Assembly: GCA_039586365.1 (NCBI GenBank)
Contig: JBDHKN010000033.1
Location: forward strand, 1 to 64,000
DNA: 64,000 nt
Source: Gemmatimonadota bacterium
GTDB taxonomy: Bacteria; Gemmatimonadota; Gemmatimonadetes; Gemmatimonadales; GWC2-71-9
Reading direction: 5' to 3'
The notes beneath the pieces were generated by a model that worked only from the letters and a program-made list of their open reading frames with translations, searched no databases and was not told where the DNA came from. The translations under genes were made by a program, and so were the position numbers. Shown piece after piece: positions 9,192 through 17,431 of the stretch; position 1 is the first letter of the stretch, and every line of letters begins with the position of its first letter.

Positions 9192-10247
9192 TCACGAAAC
9201 CCAATCCGGAACCAGGACGGCGCGTTTGTCGATTTGATGATCGGCGACCTGCTGCATGACATCAGGTCCATCGCTCATCGGGTAGGTCTTGATAAAGGGC
9301 TTCAAGTTCACCTTGCCACTTGTCACCAGCTGCAGCGCTTCCGGATACAGTTCCGGCTTACAGCCCCATGTTCCCTGTACTGTGGCATCGAAGGCCATGA
9401 GATTACTCAGGCGCACTTCGATCTTTTCCAGAGTAAAACCAACAACCATCAGCGTCGCCGCGAAGGTGAGCAACCCATACGCAGTGTCCTGCCCGCGAGG
9501 TTGACCGGAGCACTCAAAGATCTTCCAACTGTGCGCGGCGGTGCCCCATTTCTTGGTCTGGGCCTTGATCTGGTTCTTGGTTGCCTTGAAATCGGTCGTC
9601 GAGGAGTTGATCGTGAGAGCCGCTCCGTGGCTGGCCACCGCGGCGAGCTTTGCGTCATCTACGTCAATCGCCACCACATGAGCACCTGACGCTGCAGCGA
9701 TTTGCACGCAGTATGTTCCGACACCTCCCACCCCAACCACGATCGCGAGGTCTCCCGGACGTAGACCGCTGCGGACGATGGCCTGATAGGGTGTAGTGAC
9801 CGCATCGGCGATGACCGAGAGTTCCTCCAGGTCGTAGCCGCCACGGTCCTCCACGACGCACAGGCCGCGGCCCGGTGCGAGGATAAACTCCGCAAAGCCG
9901 CCATCGATGTCGTTGCCCGGCATCAGCTGCGCGCGGCAGACGTTGCCTCGGCCCTCTTTGCACAAGACGCATTCACCACAGGGAATCACGGCCGGGACGA
10001 TGACCTCGCGGTTCAGCAGGTGCTGATAGTTGGACCCTGCCTCCACGACAATGCCGCTGACCTCGTGCCCCAGGGTGAGCGGGAGTTGTTTCTTGGTGGG
10101 AACACCATCCTTCCAGAACCCGATATCCGTGTGGCATACACCACATCCGGCGACACGCACTGTCACCTCGTCCTCCCCCGGCTCGGGCTTGGGGACGTCC
10201 TGGATGTTCAGCGGCTCTCCTACCGCTGTCAGCTGGATTGCCTTCAT
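9192..10247 (-). CDS. had: 6-hydroxycyclohex-1-ene-1-carbonyl-CoA dehydrogenase (Zn alcohol dehydrogenase family)
   Basis: GCGVCHTD, LGHE, PCGECVLC...C, MPGND, ADAVTTPYQA, RLSNLMAFDA; start placed at ATG 10247. Confidence 0.93.
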   Translation of the reverse strand: MKAIQLTAVGEPLNIQDVPKPEPGEDEVTVRVAGCGVCHTDIGFWKDGVPTKKQLPLTLGHEVSGIVVEAGSNYQHLLNREVIVPAVIPCGECVLCKEGRGNVCRAQLMPGNDIDGGFAEFILAPGRGLCVVEDRGGYDLEELSVIADAVTTPYQAIVRSGLRPGDLAIVVGVGGVGTYCVQIAAASGAHVVAIDVDDAKLAAVASHGAALTINSSTTDFKATKNQIKAQTKKWGTAAHSWKIFECSGQPRGQDTAYGLLTFAATLMVVGFTLEKIEVRLSNLMAFDATVQGTWGCKPELYPEALQLVTSGKVNLKPFIKTYPMSDGPDVMQQVADHQIDKRAVLVPDWVS

Positions 10248-10329
10248 GACGCACACTCTCTGGCGTAGGGTACTTTCAGCAGTGCGAACTCTCCAGACGT
10301 TGCTGCTCCTCGTGGTCCCATCGCCATAG

Positions 10330-10947
10330 TTACCGACACATCAACCCCCCAACCAAATGGCTGGCAAACTCAGTCCCCAACTCGGGGGCTTGGAGTGATC
10401 CTTCTGGTCGGTACCAGCGGGCGATCCAGTTTATGGCGCCGAGTATGGCGAACACGGCGATCTTGGAATTCACCGGCCGAAACTCACCGTTCTTGATACC
10501 TTCGTCGATGATCTTGCGTAGTTCCCGCTCGTAGCGGTCGCGGGCCGCGATAACCTCTTGCTGGCGTTCGGTCGACAACGCCGTTACCTCGAACGCCAAC
10601 GGCGATCCCTCGAGTGTGTCCGTCATGACGCGAACGTGCTCACGGATCACGTGTGTCAGGCGCTCCGACGCAGTATCGAGCTTGCGGGCCTCTTTCGTCA
10701 GCCGTACGATCTCGTTGAGTGACTCGCGGTGACACTCGTAGAGAATGGCTTCCTTGTCGGGGAAGTAGTGGTAGAGAGCAGTCTTACGAACACCCACATG
10801 TTCGGCAATGTCGTCCAACGTGGTGGTGTGATAACCACGCTCACGGAAAGCTCGCAGCGCCGCGTGGAGGATCTCAGCCCGCCGGCGGCGGTGCTTCTCT
10901 CTGACATGCGGTGATGCGTTCGTCGCAATACGACCAGGTGGCATCAC
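10330..10947 (-). CDS. TetR/AcrR regulator (KstR2/PaaR-like C-terminus), first gene of the benzoyl-CoA cluster
   Basis: HTH TTLDDIAEHVGVRKTALYHYFPDKE; C-terminal GAINWIARWYRPEG. Confidence 0.9.
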   Translation of the reverse strand: MMPPGRIATNASPHVREKHRRRRAEILHAALRAFRERGYHTTTLDDIAEHVGVRKTALYHYFPDKEAILYECHRESLNEIVRLTKEARKLDTASERLTHVIREHVRVMTDTLEGSPLAFEVTALSTERQQEVIAARDRYERELRKIIDEGIKNGEFRPVNSKIAVFAILGAINWIARWYRPEGSLQAPELGTEFASHLVGGLMCR

Positions 10948-10965
10948 ATCGCTCCAGATGTCCAG

Positions 10966-11011
10966 TTTGAACTACCGTTAGAATTTTGAACCTCCGGTAG
11001 GTTGGCGTCAA
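10966..11011 (-). promoter_or_regulatory. Putative sigma70 promoter overlapped by two imperfect operator copies
   Basis: Minus strand TTGACG-17 nt-CAAAAT; spacer holds near-palindrome AACCTACCGGAGGTT; degenerate second copy at 10966-10984. Confidence 0.55.
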
Positions 11012-11053
11012 GTCTGCGTACGTCGCGGTTCGCGGTGTGGAAGCTGCCCTGTG

Positions 11054-11902
11054 CTACCGCAAGTGTGCTTGCAGGAATTCGTGGAAGCGACTGACGTACA
11101 TGGCGCCACCAACTCCATAGGTATCGTTGTGCCCCGCTCCTGGTATCTCAATGAAAGCTTCGGCCCGTCCGGCCCGGGCTACCGCACGTCCCATCTCGAC
11201 TGGGGCAATGCGGTCCTCGGTACCATGGAACACCAACAGCGGCACGGTGAGACGCTCGGCGCGTCCGATATTGTCGAGCGAGAGGCGCAGCAATGAGCGC
11301 GGCAGGAACCGGTAATGTACGTCGGCCATGTCCCGGCCACTGGTGAAGGGAGAGTCGAGAATAACCGCTCTCACCGGCCGCTCCGTTGCCAGGTGCAGAG
11401 CCACCGCACTACCAACGGATCGCCCGTACACGGCGATACGGGTCGAGTCGATTGCCGAACGCCCAACCAGATACGACCAAGCGGCCTCTGCATCCAGATA
11501 CACCCCCTGTTCAGTCGGCTCCCCACCACTGGATCCGTAGCCACGGTAGTCGAGTGCCAGCACAGCGATGCCGGGAGGGCGGAAGTGCTGCAACGCTGGA
11601 GCTATACCTTCAATAGTCTCCATGTTGCCGTAGAACCAGATTAGTCCGGGCGCAGCAGTGCCCTGTACAGGAGCAGGGTTGGGTGGCAAATACCAACCCT
11701 GTAGAGCGACACCATCGCTCGTGCGGACGGTGACGCGCTCGCCATCAGAGATACCCAGCGAGGTCGGATGGGGTAAGGGACCTCGCGGCGCGGGAAAGAC
11801 CATGCGGTCCTGGTACCTCCATGCCATTCCAGCGACGACCAGGTACCCCAGAACCGCCATGATGGCGAGCCCGATCAGGACCTTGAGTACAGTCGTGAGC
11901 AT
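11054..11902 (-). CDS. Membrane-anchored alpha/beta hydrolase (Bem46/ABHD13-like)
   Basis: N-terminal TM, DYRGYG, GRSVG nucleophile elbow, HGTED, GHND. Confidence 0.88.
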   Translation of the reverse strand: MLTTVLKVLIGLAIMAVLGYLVVAGMAWRYQDRMVFPAPRGPLPHPTSLGISDGERVTVRTSDGVALQGWYLPPNPAPVQGTAAPGLIWFYGNMETIEGIAPALQHFRPPGIAVLALDYRGYGSSGGEPTEQGVYLDAEAAWSYLVGRSAIDSTRIAVYGRSVGSAVALHLATERPVRAVILDSPFTSGRDMADVHYRFLPRSLLRLSLDNIGRAERLTVPLLVFHGTEDRIAPVEMGRAVARAGRAEAFIEIPGAGHNDTYGVGGAMYVSRFHEFLQAHLR

Positions 11903-11915
11903 TACTACAAGCTAA

Positions 11916-13196
11916 CTAGTCGCCGCACGCGCGACCCGCAGCCCGCACCCAGACGCGAATCTCCGGTGCAGTCGGACGCGGTGCTGCGGACCTGCGGCTG
12001 ACTTCCCAACTAAGGATGTCCGGATCTTGCCGCGCCAGCGCGCAGATATCGTCGATCCCAAGCTCAATGAGTACCGCAGCGTGCCGCGTCCCGATCCCCC
12101 GTAGCGTCGCTAACCGTGCTTTGTCAACCAGCTCACGCGCAACTCGCGCTGAGAGGTGTCCAGTGGCATGGAGCTGCTGCGGATCGGAGCCAGCCAAGGC
12201 AAACACCGATCGCACATCCGCAGTTTCGAGTTGATCGATTTGAGGCACAGTCATACCCGGCACGTCCTCTAGCCGAGGCACCGTCGAGCTGATGGTGCGG
12301 CTCTCCATTCCAAGCAGGATAGTCACGGCGAAGCCCGCTGCCACCACCGCCGCGGCTGCAGTGGGAGTGCGCGAACACTTGCTTGTTCCCCCCATTGGGA
12401 CGGCGATGCGGAGAGCACAGAGAGCGTGGTACATCGACCACGCCTCGAGCGCAAAGAACGGGAAACCCAAGAATCCAACCGGTGGCATTTCGAACAGCTT
12501 GGTGTGCTCGAGCCACGGCACCGTGTATATCCATTTCCCACGAGCCCAGAAGTTGTAGCACTCCCACAGCAGACCGATACCGAGTCCACCCAACATGAGG
12601 CGACCGACCCTGCCCCAGTGGCCTCGGGAAAGGTCTCCTATGAGTGACCAAGCAGGGGTTCTATGGAACAGGATCGGATCGACGATCAGGAACACGGCCC
12701 CCCAGATCAGTGGAAAGAAGCTGCGCGGGCTTCCCAGTGCCAGGACAGCCATCCCGACCCCCAGCGCGATGGCCCAGCGAGTATCGCTGGGTCGTACTGT
12801 GACGACAGGACCTCTTCCGTTGCTGAACACGCCAGCTGCATGCAGCGTGCGCTCCGCTAACAGCACCATGGGGACCACTGTGGCAAACGAGAGTATGATT
12901 CCCGTCCAGCGCTGCCAGGCCGCGTGAGGCAGGAACACGTAGTACCAATTGTGCAGCCGGAAATTGGCGGCCTCGAACAGCAACCAGACGATGGGCGACC
13001 AGGCCAGTGCAAACAGCATAGGTCGCCGCCACAACATCGATGGCCCTGCGTCCAACCGCGATGCAGTCGCATCGAGCAGGAAGAGCGTCGGATACCAGGC
13101 GAAGACATAGAACCAGGTCGGGATCGGATCGATCTGGAAGTACAGCAGGATCCAGGCTGCCAGGATTACCATGGCTGGGAGAGCGAGTCGCATCAT
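11916..13196 (-). CDS. Polytopic membrane protein with C-terminal helix-hairpin-helix (DUF4332-like) domain
   Basis: Several TM helices, WLLFEAANFRLHNWYY, LFEMPPVGFLGFPFF, C-terminal LRGIG. Start moved to ATG 13196 to avoid overlap with the divergent ABC gene. Confidence 0.7.
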   Translation of the reverse strand: MMRLALPAMVILAAWILLYFQIDPIPTWFYVFAWYPTLFLLDATASRLDAGPSMLWRRPMLFALAWSPIVWLLFEAANFRLHNWYYVFLPHAAWQRWTGIILSFATVVPMVLLAERTLHAAGVFSNGRGPVVTVRPSDTRWAIALGVGMAVLALGSPRSFFPLIWGAVFLIVDPILFHRTPAWSLIGDLSRGHWGRVGRLMLGGLGIGLLWECYNFWARGKWIYTVPWLEHTKLFEMPPVGFLGFPFFALEAWSMYHALCALRIAVPMGGTSKCSRTPTAAAAVVAAGFAVTILLGMESRTISSTVPRLEDVPGMTVPQIDQLETADVRSVFALAGSDPQQLHATGHLSARVARELVDKARLATLRGIGTRHAAVLIELGIDDICALARQDPDILSWEVSRRSAAPRPTAPEIRVWVRAAGRACGD

Positions 13197-13278
13197 CTCA
13201 ACCTGGTGAAGCCACGGGCCGTGCGCCAGGCTCGGGGGAGAGCTTGATTCTGCTGGCACGGCACAATTCATTGCGCGT

Positions 13279-14208
13279 ATGTCTGAGTCAGCCATTTCCT
13301 GCCGTGGTTTGGTGAAGCGCTACGGATCGGTAGTCGCCGTGGACGGCCTCGATCTAGAGGTCAGTCGCGGTGAGTGCTTTGGGATGCTGGGTCCCAACGG
13401 GGCGGGAAAAACGACGACGATCGAGATCATCCAGGGGTTGCTCGAGCCGGATGCAGGGGAGGTGAGGGTACTAGGTCTTAGTTGGGATTCGCACGAACCG
13501 GAGTTGCGGCAACGGATGGGTTCTCAGTTGCAGGAAACGAAACTCGCCGAGCGGCTGACTGTACGAGAGACAGTGACCATGTTTCGCAGTTTCTACCGCG
13601 AAGGCTGTGCGGTTGACGACGTGTTGGAGCAGGTCCAGCTGCAGGAGAAGCAGGACTCCTGGATAGTCAAGCTCTCTGGTGGTCAGCGGCAGCGACTCGC
13701 GGTAGCATGTGCTCTGGTGTGTACGCCAGAAATCCTCTTTCTCGACGAACCTACCACCGGTCTCGATCCACAATCGCGCCGGCAGCTGTGGGAGATCGTC
13801 TCCGCGTTCGGGAAAGATGGCGGAACGGTGTTGCTGACTACCCACTACATGGAAGAGGCTGAGCAACTGTGTGACAGAGTAGCAATAGTCGACCATGGCC
13901 AGATAATCGCTCTGGGATCTCCGCAACAGCTCATTGCGTCTCTCGGAGCCGAGGATGTAGTCGAGTTCGCACTGGAGGATGCAAGCTCCGTTGAATCGAG
14001 CGTGTTGGCGACGCTGCCTGGTGTGCAGCACGTACGCGTTGAGAATGGGACGGTGCATTTGACTGTCAGGCGGGTCCATGAGGCTGTACCTGCTTTGATG
14101 GAACTACTGGCCCAACGGGGAGCCCGCCTGAGCGAAATGCTCACGCATCACGCAACGCTGGAAGACGTATTTCTGTCACTGACCGGAAGACACCTGCGGG
14201 ATGAGTAG
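13279..14208 (+). CDS. ABC-2 type exporter ATP-binding protein
   Basis: GPNGAGKT, LSGGQ, FLDEPTTGLD, TTHY. Confidence 0.95.
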   Translation: MSESAISCRGLVKRYGSVVAVDGLDLEVSRGECFGMLGPNGAGKTTTIEIIQGLLEPDAGEVRVLGLSWDSHEPELRQRMGSQLQETKLAERLTVRETVTMFRSFYREGCAVDDVLEQVQLQEKQDSWIVKLSGGQRQRLAVACALVCTPEILFLDEPTTGLDPQSRRQLWEIVSAFGKDGGTVLLTTHYMEEAEQLCDRVAIVDHGQIIALGSPQQLIASLGAEDVVEFALEDASSVESSVLATLPGVQHVRVENGTVHLTVRRVHEAVPALMELLAQRGARLSEMLTHHATLEDVFLSLTGRHLRDE

Positions 14209-15241
14209 TCCGGTGGGCGGGCCTCTCCTGCAGCTAACGCTGTGGCGGATCCGGGATTTCATCCGCGAACCCGAGGCTTTGTTTTGGGTTTTCGCATTCC
14301 CGATCATTCTGGCGTTTGCTCTCGGCCTGGCCTTTAGCAGTCGTGGGCCCGCTATCGTCAGGATTGCGGTGGAGGATGGACCTGGCGGGCGGCAGCTGCA
14401 CGAGAGCCTGGACTCGATGCCCAACATCATGTCGGTGCTGCTGGCAGGAGATGAAGCCCAGCGACGTCTCAGCACTGGTCGGGTGGCGCTGGTCGCTGTG
14501 GCTGGAGAGCCCGCACTCCTGCGCTATGACTCCACGCGCAGCGAAGCCAATCTCGCGCGGTTAGTGGTTGAAAACGCTATTCAGGAAGCCTCCGGCCGCA
14601 GGGATGTGCGTGAGATAAGGGAGCAGCGGGTCACGGATCCGGGCAGCAGATACATCGATTTTCTGATACCGGGCCTGATCGGAATGAACATCATGGGTAC
14701 CGGGTTGTGGGGTGTGGGCTACGGCATCGTTCGCCAGCGCAACCACAAGCTCTTGAAACGGTTGCTGGCATCCCCGATGCGCAAGAGTCAATACATGCTG
14801 TCCCATGTGTTGGCGAGAATGGTGTTCCTGGTTGGCGAAGTGGGTGCTGTGCTGCTGTTTGGACACCTGGCGTTCGGCGTTCCTGTACGCGGCTCTCTCC
14901 TTTCCATCGCGGCTATCGTGTTCACGGGCGCGTTGACGTTCTCAGGAATCGGGCTGTTGGTGGCGAGCCGCGCTCGTACCATAGAAGGCGTGTCCGGACT
15001 GATGAACCTGGTCATGGTGCCGATGTGGATCTTCTCTGGGATTTTTTTTGCCTATTCCAACTTCCCGGAGGTCTTGCATCCATTCATCGTGGCCATTCCG
15101 CTGACTGCTCTCAACGATGCACTGCGAGCGGTGATGCTGGAGGGGACCTCAATCTTCGCTGTCGGCGGACTGCTGGCGATCGTGGCCGGTTGGGGACTTG
15201 CCTCTTTTGGTGTGGCGCTGAGGATGTTTAGGTGGGAGTAG
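14201..15241 (+). CDS. ABC-2 type exporter permease
   Basis: TM helices, FLIPGLIGM, LKRLLASP; overlaps ATPase stop. Confidence 0.92.
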   Translation: MSSPVGGPLLQLTLWRIRDFIREPEALFWVFAFPIILAFALGLAFSSRGPAIVRIAVEDGPGGRQLHESLDSMPNIMSVLLAGDEAQRRLSTGRVALVAVAGEPALLRYDSTRSEANLARLVVENAIQEASGRRDVREIREQRVTDPGSRYIDFLIPGLIGMNIMGTGLWGVGYGIVRQRNHKLLKRLLASPMRKSQYMLSHVLARMVFLVGEVGAVLLFGHLAFGVPVRGSLLSIAAIVFTGALTFSGIGLLVASRARTIEGVSGLMNLVMVPMWIFSGIFFAYSNFPEVLHPFIVAIPLTALNDALRAVMLEGTSIFAVGGLLAIVAGWGLASFGVALRMFRWE

Positions 15242-15387
15242 GGGGAGCAGAGAGCGGGGAGCAGAGAGCGGAGAGCAGAGAGCAGAGAGCAGATCACGGG
15301 GTGCATTGCCTGACAGCTGACAGCTGTCAGTTGATAACAGATGGCTGTTGGCTGATAGCTGTTCGCTGTTGGCTGCCAGCTGTTGCC
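15242..15387. repeat. Degenerate 7-bp tandem repeats (GCAGAGA array, then GCTGACA/GCTGTTG-type array)
   Basis: gagcagagagcggggagcagagagcggagagcagagagcagagagc, then gacagctgacagctgtcagttgataac...gctgttggctgatagctgttcgctgttggctgccagctgttg. Confidence 0.85.
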
Positions 15388-15409
15388 GACCGCCAAAGGA
15401 GCACGCGAC

Positions 15410-15766
15410 ATGGGTTCCAAGCTAAGCACTCGCGCTCAGATGAAACTCGCTGCCCTCGAAGAGGCAAGACGGAAATGGGACAGAGTACATCATCTGGTCG
15501 AGATGGTCGCGATACAGAAGGTTGGGCAGGATATGTACCTCACCCAGATACGACGGGCCTCCGAGGATGTGGGCCGCGTTTTTCTCAACAACGGCTACGG
15601 TCCACTGGCGGATGGTGCCAAGCAGATGGCTCTACTGGTGCGGAGGGGCGGGACTATACAGTCCAAAGTGCGCTCGATGAGAGAGCAGGTCGGCAGTGTA
15701 CGAGCAGGCATTGAGCGGGCTGAAAAGGCGGTCATCACTGAGGACCAGGCGCCACCCAGCGACTAA
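15410..15766 (+). CDS. Hypothetical all-helical protein
   Basis: AAGGAG RBS before ATG 15410; 118 aa of amphipathic helices. Confidence 0.7.
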   Translation: MGSKLSTRAQMKLAALEEARRKWDRVHHLVEMVAIQKVGQDMYLTQIRRASEDVGRVFLNNGYGPLADGAKQMALLVRRGGTIQSKVRSMREQVGSVRAGIERAEKAVITEDQAPPSD

Positions 15767-16632
15767 CGCTGCAGCAGATCCTGTACTGAGCGCACCACCT
15801 CTGCACCATGTGTCAGCGGTAGGGCGTGTCCCGCACCGGCTATCAGACGCAACTCGGCGCCGGGGATTCCGGCGGTGAGTTCTCGCGCTGCAGCAGTATC
15901 GAACAGTGTGTCCTCGGTGCCATGGACGACAACTGTCGGAACTGCGACACTCGCCAGGCCTTCTCTCACATCGAATCCTTCCATTGCCAACCGGTAGGAT
16001 CGCATGGCTCGCCAGTCCGTGTTGCGCCAGCCGGCCAAGTCCAGTTCCAGGTCTGATCGTATCGTCAGGGTGCGGAAGTTGACGGGATCACTGTCCAGGC
16101 TGCCGCAGATCAAGTTCTTCACCGAGCGCGTTACGAAAGGTCGGTTCCACCACGGCATGGCTGCACCGGCACGCACTCGTATGTCCCACCCCCCCAGCTT
16201 GAACAGTCGCAGATTCAGATTGTGGTACATCGGGCCTGCTGTCGTGGAGATGAGCACCAGGCCATCGATCCGTGCCAGGCCGTCACCGCCGTGCAGAATC
16301 AACCAGCGGAGAGCCAGCATCCCGCCGAAACTGTGGGCGATCACTAGTCGAGTGTCTGCCCGCCAGTCGTCACAACCCTGCAGCAAGTCATCGAGCAACG
16401 CCGCGTAGAAGTCCATCCGCTGCTCGAGCAGTTGCGGACTCGACCCGTCCGGTCCCACGGCCAGGCGGGAGAAATCCGCCGTCACGGTGGGCATCACCAG
16501 GTCGGGGAACACGGTCTCGTTCAGCGTCATGCCCGGCAGCAGCAAGGCGACAGGCGTCCCCAGCACGCTACGGAACCCTCCAATCTGGGTGGTCAGGATC
16601 CAGCGGGGATCGCCGTGAAACTTACTCAGCAC
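15763..16632 (-). CDS. Alpha/beta fold hydrolase
   Basis: AHSFGG nucleophile, HGTED, GAGHAL; start uncertain. Confidence 0.8.
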   Translation of the reverse strand: MLSKFHGDPRWILTTQIGGFRSVLGTPVALLLPGMTLNETVFPDLVMPTVTADFSRLAVGPDGSSPQLLEQRMDFYAALLDDLLQGCDDWRADTRLVIAHSFGGMLALRWLILHGGDGLARIDGLVLISTTAGPMYHNLNLRLFKLGGWDIRVRAGAAMPWWNRPFVTRSVKNLICGSLDSDPVNFRTLTIRSDLELDLAGWRNTDWRAMRSYRLAMEGFDVREGLASVAVPTVVVHGTEDTLFDTAAARELTAGIPGAELRLIAGAGHALPLTHGAEVVRSVQDLLQR

Positions 16633-16640
16633 CGACCCCG

Positions 16641-16686
16641 TAGGTTAACGGTGTTAGGTTAACGCCGTTAGGTTGACAACGTTAAC
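16641..16686. promoter_or_regulatory. Three tandem 14-bp palindromic repeats, candidate TetR operators
   Basis: TAGGTTAACGGTGT / TAGGTTAACGCCGT / TAGGTTGACAACGT, each forming T(A/G)AC-n3-GTTA with the next unit; third copy contains TTGACA. Confidence 0.7.
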
Positions 16687-16729
16687 TTCGCATGCACAGC
16701 CTATCTAATCCTTTATACGGCAACGCTTT

Positions 16730-17431
16730 ATGACGGTAGTTGAGAAGGACCAGGACCGGGCCGAACCAGCCCATGGCGAGACGGCCATATTGGAGGCAGC
16801 CCGCGATCTGTTGGTGAACCGTGGGGTAGATGGCCTTTCGATGCGGCAGGTTGCCGAGCAGGTCGGTGTTAGTGCGACGGCCATCTACCACTACTTCAGC
16901 GGCAAGCAGGATCTGGTCAACCGGGTTGTGCTCAGGGCGTTTGAACGGTTTGGCAGCTATCTCAGAGATGCCATGGCCCAGCACCCGGAGGGATCCATCG
17001 AGCGGATTGAGGCTCTGGGCTACGCCTATCTGCGGTTTGCCCTGGAGAACCAGGAGTACTACCGGGTCATGTTCCACATCCATCCCGAGCAACGCGACAG
17101 TCTTGAAGCATTGCCTGACGGGGGCGGTTACGATCTGCTGCGTCAGGCGGTGGTTGATGCCGTTGCGGCGGGAACAATTCGAGGCCAGCGTGGGTCCGGT
17201 GATGCGGATCTCACGCTGTCACAGGATGCATATCCAGACACACTGGCCATGTATCTCTGGAGCACGGTGCATGGGCTTGTGACGTTGGCTCTCTGTGGTG
17301 CAACCGACCACTGTAACATCGGAGGACCGGCATCCGTGTTCAGTCTATACGAGGCGTTCACTCCATTCATAGCCGAAGGTATCGTGGTACCTCAGCACGG
17401 CAATGAGGCGAAAAAGGAGAGCAACCAGTGA
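16730..17431 (+). CDS. TetR/AcrR regulator with WHG-type C-terminal domain
   Basis: SMRQVAEQVGVSATAIYHYF; LWSTVHGLVTL. Confidence 0.9.
   Translation: MTVVEKDQDRAEPAHGETAILEAARDLLVNRGVDGLSMRQVAEQVGVSATAIYHYFSGKQDLVNRVVLRAFERFGSYLRDAMAQHPEGSIERIEALGYAYLRFALENQEYYRVMFHIHPEQRDSLEALPDGGGYDLLRQAVVDAVAAGTIRGQRGSGDADLTLSQDAYPDTLAMYLWSTVHGLVTLALCGATDHCNIGGPASVFSLYEAFTPFIAEGIVVPQHGNEAKKESNQ

Noticed and set aside
15232..15429. ORFs spanning the heptamer repeats (15232-15714 plus, 15052-15429 minus)
   Set aside because: Low-complexity translations of repeats that overlap real genes.
16641..16686. Mini CRISPR array
   Set aside because: 14-bp period with no spacers and no cas genes; fits an operator array better.
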